64,000 nucleotides of DNA from Lama guanicoe. Taxonomy: Eukaryota. Position 1 is the first letter of the stretch. Every line of letters starts with the position of its first letter. The notes below the pieces were generated by a model, which saw only the letters and a list, made by a program, of their open reading frames with translations, was not told the origin of the DNA and searched no databases. Where the stretch lies: NCBI GenBank assembly GCA_013239625.1, contig MU056000.1, positions 13,219,175 through 13,283,174 on the forward strand. The letters run 5' to 3'. The position numbers and the translations under genes were made by a program. Shown here piece after piece: positions 39,224 through 50,822 of this stretch.

Positions 39224-42200
39224 AGGAAGAGTGAGTAAAAATATTGATTAGAGAATATTCAACTGTTCTCCTCTAAGCCACCAATCAAAAATAATTTCTC
39301 ACACCTTGTGGAGGAGCCAGGAAGAGAAATGCTGTAAAGTCAGAAATGTTCACCCAACATTATTCCCTTTGAGGAAGTCACGTCAGAAAAATTCCATAGG
39401 AAAAAATGATCAGAATCAATGTCCTTGGCTAAGAAAGCTCTCTGCTGATGACATAATTGGATGTAACTCAATATTCCACACTAGTGTATATGTGTGTGTT
39501 TTTAGGAGCACAGGTGTATAATTATGCAAATTTTGCATGGTCTAATACAACTAACCAAATACTGAAATTAATAATTGATCTCGTAAAAGTCGACCATGGA
39601 CCATGCGTAAGAGTGACAGCAGCTATCAGTGATCATGTTCTTTCCCTAGTCCTCCTTTAATTCAGAAATACCCCTAAAAGAGGACATAAACTGGCCTATT
39701 AGAAACACGACTGAAATATATAGATAAAGAGAGGAGACAGGCTAGAGATGGATAGATACCAGACTTACTCCTGATAATCCTTTCGCCCTGCCTGTTACAT
39801 GAGTACATTCTCTGTAGCTTTTTTTTTTTAATTCAGTGGAGACGGTCAGTAACTTATGCTAGGTCAGGCAAGACAACTTATTTTTATAATCCCTCTATTA
39901 AGCCTCCATTTTAACAAATTGAATAGAATTTTTAAAAATAATATTTATGTCGTATTTTCTACTTCGAGCTTACTCTTTTGCCAGGTATTTAGGGTATAAT
40001 TCTGAATACAAATATAAGGAAGGAAAACTCTCCTATTAATTAAGGTAAAATTGACATCTTACAACATCAGCTCTGTAGAAGTTACTTCTGATGATATCCA
40101 ATGGGATCGAACTGAGATAGCTGTTTAAAAGAAAACCTCTGATAATTTTGTGCATGTGACCTGAAAAGTTGCCTGTGGGGAGCTAGAAAAATTTCCTTAA
40201 AGAATGTTTCTGTGTTTTCCAATACTTATGACTCAGCCATAAGTACCCTATGAAATCCCTGTGCCTTTTGGGATGATCAGTGTAGAAAAATGAAGAATGA
40301 TTAACTGGTAGTAGCTGAGAAATCTCATAAACATTCATTTCTTTGACTGATTTGGGGGATTCCACTCCATAATCATATGTCTTGAGAGAACAGGGTCTCT
40401 AGGTTAAGAGAACACGAGCTGGGTACTCAGTGACTAGTCTGTTATATGCACATGTGTCTGCTTGATGCCTTGATGGCATTTGAGGACAGACTGAATAGAA
40501 AACTAATGTAATTTCAGATTAGAAATACATATTATGATGCTGTAAATGCATATTATAAAAACTAAGATTGAAAGTGTTAGATACAATCTTTAATCATCTC
40601 AAAGATATTTGGTGTATTTTATAGACCAAAAGGTGTACCTGTCTGATAAGGAATCAGAAAAATTATTTTCTGTTATATTCACTTTTGAGATATGTGCAAG
40701 GTTAATTCTTACTCTAGTTTGATTTTTTTTTTCTTTCTCAAACCACACCCAGTGAAAAATAGGTTGGGGAAATATAGCATCTCTAACTGTAGATAGAAGT
40801 CTCAGAAGACTATATCATTGGGTCAGCATTAGCCTTAGACAGGGTGAGTTGCACAAATGCATTCCTTACGTGGGAAGAGACAGGTCTGATGAATTTCAGG
40901 CGTGGGTTGTCTACATTCAGACCTCTCTGCTTACGATTCCAGTCGGGTTCTGCTAGAGCGTGCTTCAGTAACTAGGTGAGAGTAAGGCAGCTTCTCTCCG
41001 TCTGTGTAAGAAAGCAACACTTCTTAACACGATGACTTTTTTTGGAATATGAAAAGTCTATGGCAGATTGTGGGGCCTTGAGATGAACTTTTGCGGAGTT
41101 ATAGTCATATATAAGCGTACATGACATGTTTCCTAAAAAAGAGTTGGTTTGGGGGAAACAAGCCAAAAGTGCATAGGATTAGGGGCACGCATGGGTAGTG
41201 AGTAACTCACAGCCTCAACTCAAGACTTGTGTCTACTTGCTTAGGACGACGAAGATAATTCCCTCAGTCCCCAGCCCTACTAACAAAGTCCAGTAGTTGG
41301 CTGCTGTTAGTGCAGACAAACAATGAGACTTCCAACCAGACTGTGGGGAATAAAATGTAAGAAAATTTGAGAATGTTTCCATGTTTTCCCCCCAATTTGA
41401 TATCTGGGGAAGTATGATTACTGGTCTCTCTCAGAATGAACTTTCTCATGAGGAAAAATTAAATAAAAATAAAAATTCAGAACTGTGTGGCTGGAGTGTG
41501 CTGTGTAGAGAGTCTTCTTTTATCAGGCAGCTCATGATTTTCACAACAAACTGTGAATTTCAAGATGCAGGATGAAATGGTAGATACTCGAACTGAAACT
41601 CCACATTGCAGAAATCAGATAAATATTTGCAAAGGTAATTCTCTAAAGCATTGTTCTAAAGAATTTATAGTATCCTTCTTACTTTGGCAGTAGACAGAAT
41701 TTGAGATGACTAAAATGTGTTTTTATTACAAGGGAATAAACCATATGGGTATTCCTATCATGTTATTAAAGCATTCATAACATTTAAAATTCTTCCTTTT
41801 CAGAGACACCCAGATGGAAGGAGATTCTTAAAAATTCATTATATGTGATGAATTTTTTTATTTTAATTTGTATCTCTTTTTGTCTACAGTTAGATTATAC
41901 ATGTAGTAGAATAAATCATACATATATACATTTTATAGCTGTTTATTGAGATACATGTTTTTCTCATAAGTCATACTTATCAAAGCTCATGTGTGGTAAA
42001 CACGATAATAGAATTTAAGATCGTGATTTGCCAACCTACTTTATTTGTGATTAATTTCATAAAATATACCGATTTCATCATTACACTATTAAAACAAAAC
42101 ATCATATTTTTGTATGGATAATTCCTTTTGAAGTTAAACAGATGAAATGGTGACCTGCCACAGATAGAGAATTATTGCTTTGGTTGAAGAGCTAAGTAGA

Positions 42201-42373
42201 TGGCTATTAGTCTTCTGTCTAACACATGAAGATTGTTCAGTTAGGCAGAAGATAACTTATGAATATATAGAAGATTATCAATTACTTTTGCATAATCATC
42301 ACAGCATGGAAAGTGTTGACTAATGCAATTAATTCATCACATGATATCATTTTAGTAAAATTTTCATGTAATA

Positions 42374-42586
42374 CTGTGCAACTGACTTTCCTCATATTAC
42401 CTCTGGCCTCTGTTTTGATCTTCTCTTAAATAGTTCTGAATAATCAAATTCTCATGTATTATAAAGTTATTCATTTGACATTATTTCTCAGAAGTAAAAA
42501 TTCTCATAAATTAATGCAAATAAATGCATTTGCTGAATCAATGAAATCAATAAATACAAATAGTATTGTTGTTACATTAATTGTGT
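42374..42586 (+). repeat. Dispersed direct repeat, copy 1 (partner at 46318-46516)
   Basis: 38-bp exact core TTATAAAGTTATTCATTTGACATTATTTCTCAGAAGTA with alignable flanks. Confidence 0.92.
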
Positions 42587-43349
42587 AATGACTTAATCTT
42601 ATTGGGAAATGATTGTTTAAAGAATCCTGGGTGTCAATGGTAAAGCAAATCTTACCTCTCTCTTCAACAATTTTAAAATAAATTTCTTGATCTTATAGTT
42701 TTAAATCTTATAGGTCTTACTTATTAATTTGCAAATATTAATATGTATATATATGTTTACAGCTGTTGTGCTCAAATTACCTTCTCGCGTGTAAGAAGTT
42801 AGGAAAAGTCTGTATTTTAAGACTTTTAATGTCTCAACATTTTTACCTGAAATGATTATTTATTATAAATCCACCTTGTAAGCATTGAATTATAGAACCA
42901 GATGTCTACCTGTTTCTCCTAACAGCACTTATTTGAAAGGCATGCTAATTTTTATAGTCATTGCTATCAAATTCTGTGGTTTAAAAGCTGTAAAGACATC
43001 ACCTAAGGAGAGCTTTAAGTGACTGATGCTATGCTGTCTCCCAGAATAATTAATTCAGAACCTCAGAGGGTAAAATACAGATATCAGTCATGGGTAAACC
43101 CTAATTAATCTAATACACAAGCAAGTCTGAGAGCCAGGGCTGAGAACTGCCTATAAGCATCGTGTGTGTATTTGGACACCGTGAGCTGAACGCCACCTGA
43201 AAAAGACGACTGTGGCGGTGCTTTCACAGATAGTTTTTCTTCCTTCAACTTAATGATTTTTCTTGGACTTACCATTGTTTCCACATTGCAAAAGCCTCTA
43301 ACTGTATATCACGTTCTGATAGCACTAATCCCCAGAGATGTTGAATTTT

Positions 43350-43450
43350 CAGCCGTTCTCAATTTTTGCTGCAGATTGAAATTCTCTAGGGAGCTTTGAA
43401 AAACTCAGGTACTTCAGCTGATTCTGAAGCACTGCAAGGCTGAAAACCTT
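43350..43450. mobile_element. MER5-type hAT MITE, short and degenerate
   Basis: 'cagccgttctcaa...agggagctttgaaaaa...gctgattctgaagcactgcaaggctgaaaacc'. Confidence 0.6.
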
Positions 43451-43764
43451 TCCTTTGATCTGTATGCATGCTGGACTCACATCGGTGCTTTGGCATTTTT
43501 TTTAATCCATTCAAAACACTTATTTTACCACTTTACTATGACTGGATTTAATCTTCAAGTTTTTTTTGCTAAGAAAAAATTTAATGATTATACAGTTATC
43601 AATTGGATATTCATAATTAAAAAGGAATACAGCTAGATTAAACAGTCTTTGAAAGTTCAGAGTTTTAAAAAATATTCTTTGTACTTTATGTGGCTTATAG
43701 GTATTGCTTTACAGTATTCTAAACACGGCAGGTTACACTGTACAATTTTTAGCCAACTGTTTTG

Positions 43765-44200
43765 TTTTTTAAACATTTTGCAAGTTTTAGGTGTGCAACA
43801 TGCTGATTTGATACACTTATATTTTGCAAAATGATTATCACCATAGCATTAGCTAATATCTCCAGCATGTCACATAATTATCATTTCTTTTTTGTGGTAA
43901 GAACATTTCAGATCCAGTCTCTTAGCAACTTTAAGTATGTAATACAGTATTGCTGACTGTACTCACAATGCTGTGCATTCAATCCCCAGAATTTATAATA
44001 TTTTTAGCTCCAAAGTTTGTACACTTCGACAAACATCTCCCCAGATCATCGACCCGCTCCAGCCCTTGGTAAACACCATTCTACTCTTTGTTTCTATGAG
44101 TTCAGCTTTTTTAGACTCTACATATATGTTTGACAGTTTTTGTCTTTCTTTGTCTGACTCATCTCAGTGTAATGCCCTCGTGACCAGCTACTAACTTTTC
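43765..44200 (-). mobile_element. L1MA9-like 3' UTR fragment
   Basis: 'ttgtggtaagaacatttcagatccagtctcttagcaacttt' and 'caccattctactctttgtttctatgagttcagc'. Confidence 0.88.
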
Positions 44201-44332
44201 AATAGACTTCTACACCTGGGCAAGGGCTTTACGGTTGGAATGCCTACTTGAGATTTAGCATGCTCTGGGCTTTGCCCTGTAATTGAATATATATTATATA
44301 TCCTAGAACCACTGGTCTAGACTAATATATAT

Positions 44333-45168
44333 ATTAGTTCTCAAAGTGTAATTTCTGGACTGCTGGAAAACAAGACACTGGAAAAAGGAACAGCTGGAAA
44401 ACAAGCCGCACCTAAATTTCCACGAGCTTAAAATACTATATTACATTTGCTTGCTTAAAATGCACATGCTTGCTTTGTTTTAATGTTTTACGCAGTAGAT
44501 GATCTATAGCACGTATTATGCTAAAGAAAACTTGGGCTGAGCAATCCTGAGATTGGCCGTAAGGGCACGAAGAGGGCAGATATTTCCTTAGGGTGAAACA
44601 ATGGAGGGTCCTGGAAAGCCAGATCATCCAGTAACAGAACTTTGTTCTGGCATGAAAGCATGCGGTTAAGCCCAGGGGAAATATTTGCTATCTCGAGATG
44701 TCCCGGAGGCAATAACAGGGTAGATTTAGAAATTTTGAATACCCCGAGGAGGGCGAGTGTTCCTGGAACGGATAGGCCTGAAATTAATCAGTTAAACAGC
44801 AAGCAGAACTTGAGCTTATTGCATTGAATATCTAAAGCCCCGCCTTTGATCACATTTTTTTCTGAGCTGTATACTCCTAATAAATATGATGTCCACCAGG
44901 CTTTCGGGACTCTCGATCCATGAGATCTTGAGTCCCCTCGTCCCATCTTTGCTTTTTATTCTGTCTCTTTGTTTTCTTAAATCTTGTGTCACCTGTCCTC
45001 AGACACAGTCCCGAGCTGCGCTAGACACAGCACTTGATCAATAGGAATTTGTCACAAATGCACATTATCAAGTTCCATTTCAGTACTTTGGGAGTGGGAC
45101 CAACAATCTGGGTTTCAGCAAGCTCTTCAGGTATTTCTCAAGGACGATCAAGTTTAAGAATCACTGGT
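44333..45168. mobile_element. MER5A MITE split by an LTR insertion (44333-44360 and 45033-45168)
   Basis: Left part 'gttctcaaagtgt'; right part 'gggagtgggaccaacaatctgggtttcagcaagctcttcaggt...aagtttaagaatcactg'. Confidence 0.75.
44361..45032 (+). mobile_element. Solo LTR, ERVK/class II-like, relatively young (672 bp)
   Basis: TG...CA termini, 6-bp TSD CTGGAC/CTTGAT, GC box near 44838, AATAAA at 44879-44884, T-rich U5, many CpGs retained. Confidence 0.75.
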
Positions 45169-46317
45169 CTAATCCGTTTTGCCTAAACAGTCTCTAGTCA
45201 TAATAATTCTGTTAGAGTTTTGTTAATGTGTGTTAGTTTTGCATATTTAATCTTCTTTGAGATCTATTTTTCTATCAAGGTTCTTTCTTTGTAAATATTT
45301 TCAAATTATACTCATCTTGTAGCACTACTTTGTTCTCAGTTCAACTCAAGAAATATTAGAAAGAATGGTTATGTGCAGGTAAATAATTTATTGCCTTCAT
45401 TTAAATACACTTTATATAAGTAATCACATACAATGGGAATTGGTACTCCTTACAGAATGCATTCCACACAAATACCAAATCTTTTTAAATACTTCTGAGT
45501 CTAAATTAAAAATCGTGCTTGATAGTAACTTTTGTATATTCTGGCTCCAGAAAAGTTAATAGACTTGGCAGAAATAATGAGAACCAAAAGTTTGTGGTAA
45601 ATTGAAGATGAAAATCTAGATTTCATAATCACTCTTCCTCTAATGAATTCTTTAAGTATAATAGAATTCATAACCTCTAAAATAAGTATGGCTGAAAAGA
45701 GCTAGTTAGCTCTGTGAAAAAAAGCATTATTATCTCTTTTAATTTTAGCTCTAGCTATAGGACCTAGAGCCATGCCTTGCAAAAACTAGACACTCAAGTA
45801 TTCATTAAATAAACACTAAAATAAATGAAATAAAGAAATCAACTTAATTTAAGAGGCATTTATGTAAAATGATGGTACGTACACAAGCGGAATCTGTAAT
45901 TTGCCATCCCTCCCTCATCCCCCACCCACACACACACAAAGGGAATTTGTTTCCTTTTGGAATTTGAACAAAACTGAGCAGTTTTAGAGGAACAGAAGTG
46001 CCATCAGTACACATGAATCACACTGAGTTAGTTGCACACTTGTTTCTAAAATGTACACATAATCCTGGATCACAGGATGAAAGGTGGACAGCTTTACTTA
46101 ATGACCATTACACCCTGACAGTCCTGCAGTAACTCCCAGGTAAAGGGATCTGATCGTTTTTGTACATTTCTGGAAGGCAGATGTCACTGCCTCAATTGGA
46201 AGTAATTGGGAGGCAGGTTGGCCGCCTGAATGCTGAGGCCAAAAAGAACATTTTTCTAGATTTGAAAGTTGATTTCATTCCTTCTGATTAACACCATTAG
46301 AGAAGAGACATATTCCC

Positions 46318-46516
46318 CTGAGCAACTGACTTTCCTCATCTTAACCCTGGCCTCCCTTGGCTCTTTTCTTAAATAAGCCAATGCTTGTATCTTATAAAGT
46401 TATTCATTTGACATTATTTCTCAGAAGTAGAAATTCTCTTAAAATTAACACAAATAAATACATTTGCCAGATCAATGCTATCAATAATATGAATAGTATT
46501 GTGACAGTAATTGTGT
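46318..46516 (+). repeat. Dispersed direct repeat, copy 2 (partner at 42374-42586)
   Basis: Exact 38-bp core at 46392-46429. Confidence 0.92.
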
Positions 46517-47552
46517 TTTTCCAGATGTTTACAAAACATATGAGTTTGAGTTTCAAATAATGGTCTGTCCAGTTGCCTCCCTTGACCTCCTCACTTCCGT
46601 CTGAAACATAACTGAATTCCTCATGGATTTATAGCAAAACTATTGCTGATATTTTCAAGGAAATTTTTTGGAAACCTGAAACGCCCTGCATTGGAGCAGA
46701 GTGAATGTTTCCAGCATACTGTCGGCAATATTCTTACGTGAGAGTTTGCGTGACTTCTTACAGAAACAATTTCTGTGCATCTTTTGAAATCGGTTCCAAT
46801 TATTCTTCCTTACAGGACAACCTTGGTTGAAACTCTTGTCATTTTCTTCCCTAAGGGAGGAAAAGAAAATAGGATAAGCCATTGTTTTCCTGCTCTATAC
46901 ATTGAGATGGAAATGGCACTAAAACTGCCCTGAGATTGTATCTATTATGAAAAATAATTCATCAGTGACAAAAAAAGGTGTTTGTATCTTTAAGAAAAAA
47001 ACTTAATAATAATTTTTATGGGATTATTTGAAATTCTCTGCTCAGAAAATGACTGCTTTAGTTCTCTTCCAGATTTATAATTCACCTTTAGGTCTTAAAC
47101 AGAAGTTACTTGATACTGACTGTGATGTTTTCTTGCAGAAAGCAACCAAACTCCCATGCTCTGAACTTGGAAAATGAATCGAATCTGTGGCCTTTGCCAC
47201 AGAATATTCTCAGTGCTGCATAAACAGGGAGGCTTTGGGTGGATTCCCAAAGCTTTATGCTTTATTAATTTTCTATAATTTAATATACGAAATGGAAGGA
47301 ATTTCAGTCAGTGAATAAAACCAAGATTTCGAGAGAAAGAAAATCCCATGTTTTAATGTGGTTCCACAGCAAATGACTTACTATGTGACTCTATGCCTCG
47401 GTTCACTCATTTTTTTAAATCAGGACAATAATCTGACATCAAATAGATTGTAGTTTGAGAAGTTAATCGGTCTACATGCATGTAGTTCATTGAGCATGGT
47501 ATATTCAAAGAGGAAAGATCAAAATGTGTAAATTATTTAAATAATCAAGTTA

Positions 47553-48050
47553 TATTCGTCAGGGTTATTTCATTCACAAGCAATTCAAACCCAACTCAGA
47601 GTAGTTTAAACAAACAGTATTTTTTCATTTATAGGTTTGGTGAATATGGCGAGATTTTAGAAGTTCAAACCATGATGGCTGAGCTCTAATCTCTTGACCT
47701 CTCAGCTGGACCTTTCCTCTTCGTTAGCTTTGTTCTCAGTAAGGATGTCTCCGTCTTTCAGAAAACTTTTTGACTGTTTGTTCAGGCTTATGTATTTCTC
47801 ACAGGCCCTGGAACACAGGCCTCCCCAACAGCTGTAGTGAAATTCTGATGCAGAGCTTTGCCAGGCCAACCCTGAGTTGGATCCCAAACCCAAACCATCG
47901 TGTGGCCGGGAATTGGCTGCTCTCTGGTCTGCTCTGCAGGGCCAAATCTCTCACTTTATGGCAAGAGAGGATGAAGGGTGCCTATCTAAACTATAGGCTA
48001 GAGTTTTTGTTACCAGAAGATGGGATAGTTGGGCATGGAGGGAAGAAAAA
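47553..48050 (-). mobile_element. Old MaLR LTR (MLT1K/L-like)
   Basis: 'gtcagggttatttcattcacaagcaattcaaacccaactcagagtagtttaaacaaa' start and 'tgttaccagaagatggg' near the end. Confidence 0.65.
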
Positions 48051-50667
48051 ATACTTATTTCTAATCAGTGTATGTATCGATCTGGCAACCACAGTCTTCT
48101 ATTTCAATTGTCCTCAATCATTTTGGGGTCCTCCATATTTTAAGATGTAAAAAAGGGGTACTGAGAACCAAATTGATGCTAGAGTGGTAGATACCATAAT
48201 ATATATTAAAACAGAAAGTTTTTCAATACAAAAATACCCAAGTACCATTCTAGTACCTGCTGGAGTGATGATGTCAGCACACGTAACACAGCCTCTGGGA
48301 AGCTCATCTGATAACGTAAGTCGAAGAACAAAGTAAGAGCATTTTGAACTAGTTTTGACCACACAGAGTACCTGAAAATACCAGCTGGACCCCACAAAGA
48401 TCTGCAGGCCACACTGTGAGAACCCTACTCTCTCCCATCATCTCACCATAAAGGAGAAATCTGAAAGAAACCTCTCTCTCTCTCTCCTGTCCATATAGGA
48501 CTCCGCTGCTGTGGGCAAGGTTCAGAACCACCTCATTCTACTCTAGCCAACCTTTGCAAGCCACCTGGAAGATCTTGATAGTATTCAAATTTAAAAGCTA
48601 TAGACTTGTTCAGCATATTGGATGATTTTCTATTTCAGCACATAAAGAAAAAAAAAAGAAATCTGCTTTGAATGGTATAAAGTTCTCATGATCTGAGCAT
48701 TGTCTCTTCTCTCTCTTTTTCATTGTATTCCGTACTTTAGAATTGATGAAGAACACGAGCACAAAAAAGCTCTCAGGTCTTTTACTTTTGATGGCGCTCT
48801 ACCGTTTCCTGAAATTCATTTTACTATCCCTCGGCATGAGGTTTACCTTAACAAAACTTTCCAATCTGCAGTATTTTATTTGCTTCCAGGAGATAGGTTT
48901 ATGCACAATTTCCATATGCTCCGTGATACTTTCTTTCACCATGCATTCAAACTCCTAATTAAGCTTGAAAAACACTAGGGAGAAATAAATTCAAAAGGTA
49001 CTTGTCTTAAAGAATTGCCCTAGAGCTCAGCAAATGACTTCCCAATCTGTAAAGTCGGATCATTAATTAAACATGACATATTTGCATGACTCTTTGAAAG
49101 ATCAGGATTGCAACCTCAGAATAGCACTGGTTAATCCAATTCTGCATAGTTTTCTTAAAATTTCATATTAGGAGAAATAATTTAATTTTTGCATTGGTAT
49201 CACAATAACTTCTTTTATTACTAAATTTTAGTAGAAGTTTTTATGATTACTTTTGTGCACAGAAAATATCTACAAGCTTGAAAATTGTGACATAGATTGT
49301 CAATGTGATGTCAAATTCCATATATACATAAACTTTGCATATGTCTAATATAGGCAAAGTGCTTTGTAACAAATTGAATGTGTGGCTGTGCCAGTGAATT
49401 TTTTGCAAGTTTGAAATTGATATTTTTAATATATTTTCTTAAGGAGAGAATCACATTTATTGCAATATTTTATATGATTTGCTTATTATGTGTTTTGTTT
49501 TTATGTCTTTATTTCTATTAGAATTTAAGCTCCCTGAGGGCAGATCACTGTCTGAAATATCCCAAGCACACAGAACATAATAAGAATAAAACAGATTATT
49601 TGTGGAATTTCTGAGTTCAGCAAACAGCAAGCAGGCGAGATACCAGGTCATACCATTATATGGAAGATTACTCACATTTTGAGCTTATGAGAAATACACA
49701 TGATCGCAAAGCATCTGTATGTGTGTTTTAAAAGTTCTCCAGGTGAATCTGATGCATATCATAAAGTCTGTATCACTAATGGAAAATATAAACATTAATT
49801 GTCATCATTAAGAAATCATCCTTAATGGAAGCATAATATTTGAACAGCGGGTCTAAGGGAAACACCAAAGAAGACGGAAAAAAATATGCTGCTACCTGGG
49901 AAATCAAATTGTTATTTTGGAAAAGAAAAATTTGTGAGACGCTAATGACTTTAAAAACGGCTTTCAGCATAGGTGTTCTTGAAAGGTCTTCTTTCTGTAG
50001 AAGGAGTATTTCATCAAACCGAAAGAATACAAGGTAATAATAAAGCCTAATAATGAAGCCTCCTAAGATGTGAGGACGCAGACATTCATTGATGAGCTGG
50101 AGAAAATTCTGCTTATGACAGGGCTCATGATTGTGATCATAAATGAATGTCATCAAGTGGCACCTAATTAGTGTGATTAACCAACTTCAGAGCTCACGGG
50201 AGAATGTCTTCCTTTCCACATGGAAAATGCTTTACATTTGGGATCAATGCCTTGTATCTAAAACACCTGCTAATAGAGCACTTTTCTTGTTTTCAGTCTC
50301 ATATATCTGATTAGTCTGCTATCATGTGGCATGCCTGTTAGATAAGCCTGAATGACCTTGGAAATAATGAGGCACATTATCTGATAGGACTCTTCATAGT
50401 GAATTTGATGAGACTGAGTATCAGGAATCCTAGCACAGGGTTTGAAACCCAAGCCTTATTCACTTTCTTTTAAATAGCCTTAAACACATTAGATGAACTT
50501 GATCATCTAGGTAATTTGCAAGAGTGAATACATACACCATATCACTGGGAAAATTTACATGGGGAAGAAATCCACGTGACAAATAAAATAATGTCAATTG
50601 TAAATGAAGACTTAGACTAAATATTCATTAATAAGGACAAGAACATTTTGAATCACATTATACAGTT

Positions 50668-50822
50668 TTTTTAAATTGAAGTAGAGTTGGTTTATAATGT
50701 TAGTTTCAGGTGTACAGCATAGGGATTCATTTATACATATGTGTGTATATATTCCTTTTCATATTCTTTTTCGTTATAGGGTATAACAAAGGTATTGAAT
50801 GTAGTTCCCTGTGCTACACAGC
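50668..50822 (-). mobile_element. L1 3' end (artiodactyl-type), 5'-truncated
   Basis: T-tract then 'aattgaagtagagttg...gtttcaggtgtacagcat...agttccctgtgcta'; TSD CATTATA(C/T)AGTT at 50656-50667 and 50823-50834. Confidence 0.9.

Noticed and set aside
43188..43205. CTCF site (CGCCACCTG)
   Set aside because: Only half of the core motif matches.
48700..48978. Coding exon (good acceptor at 48740, peptide IDEEHEHKKALRSF...)
   Set aside because: No convincing donor and no recognisable protein.
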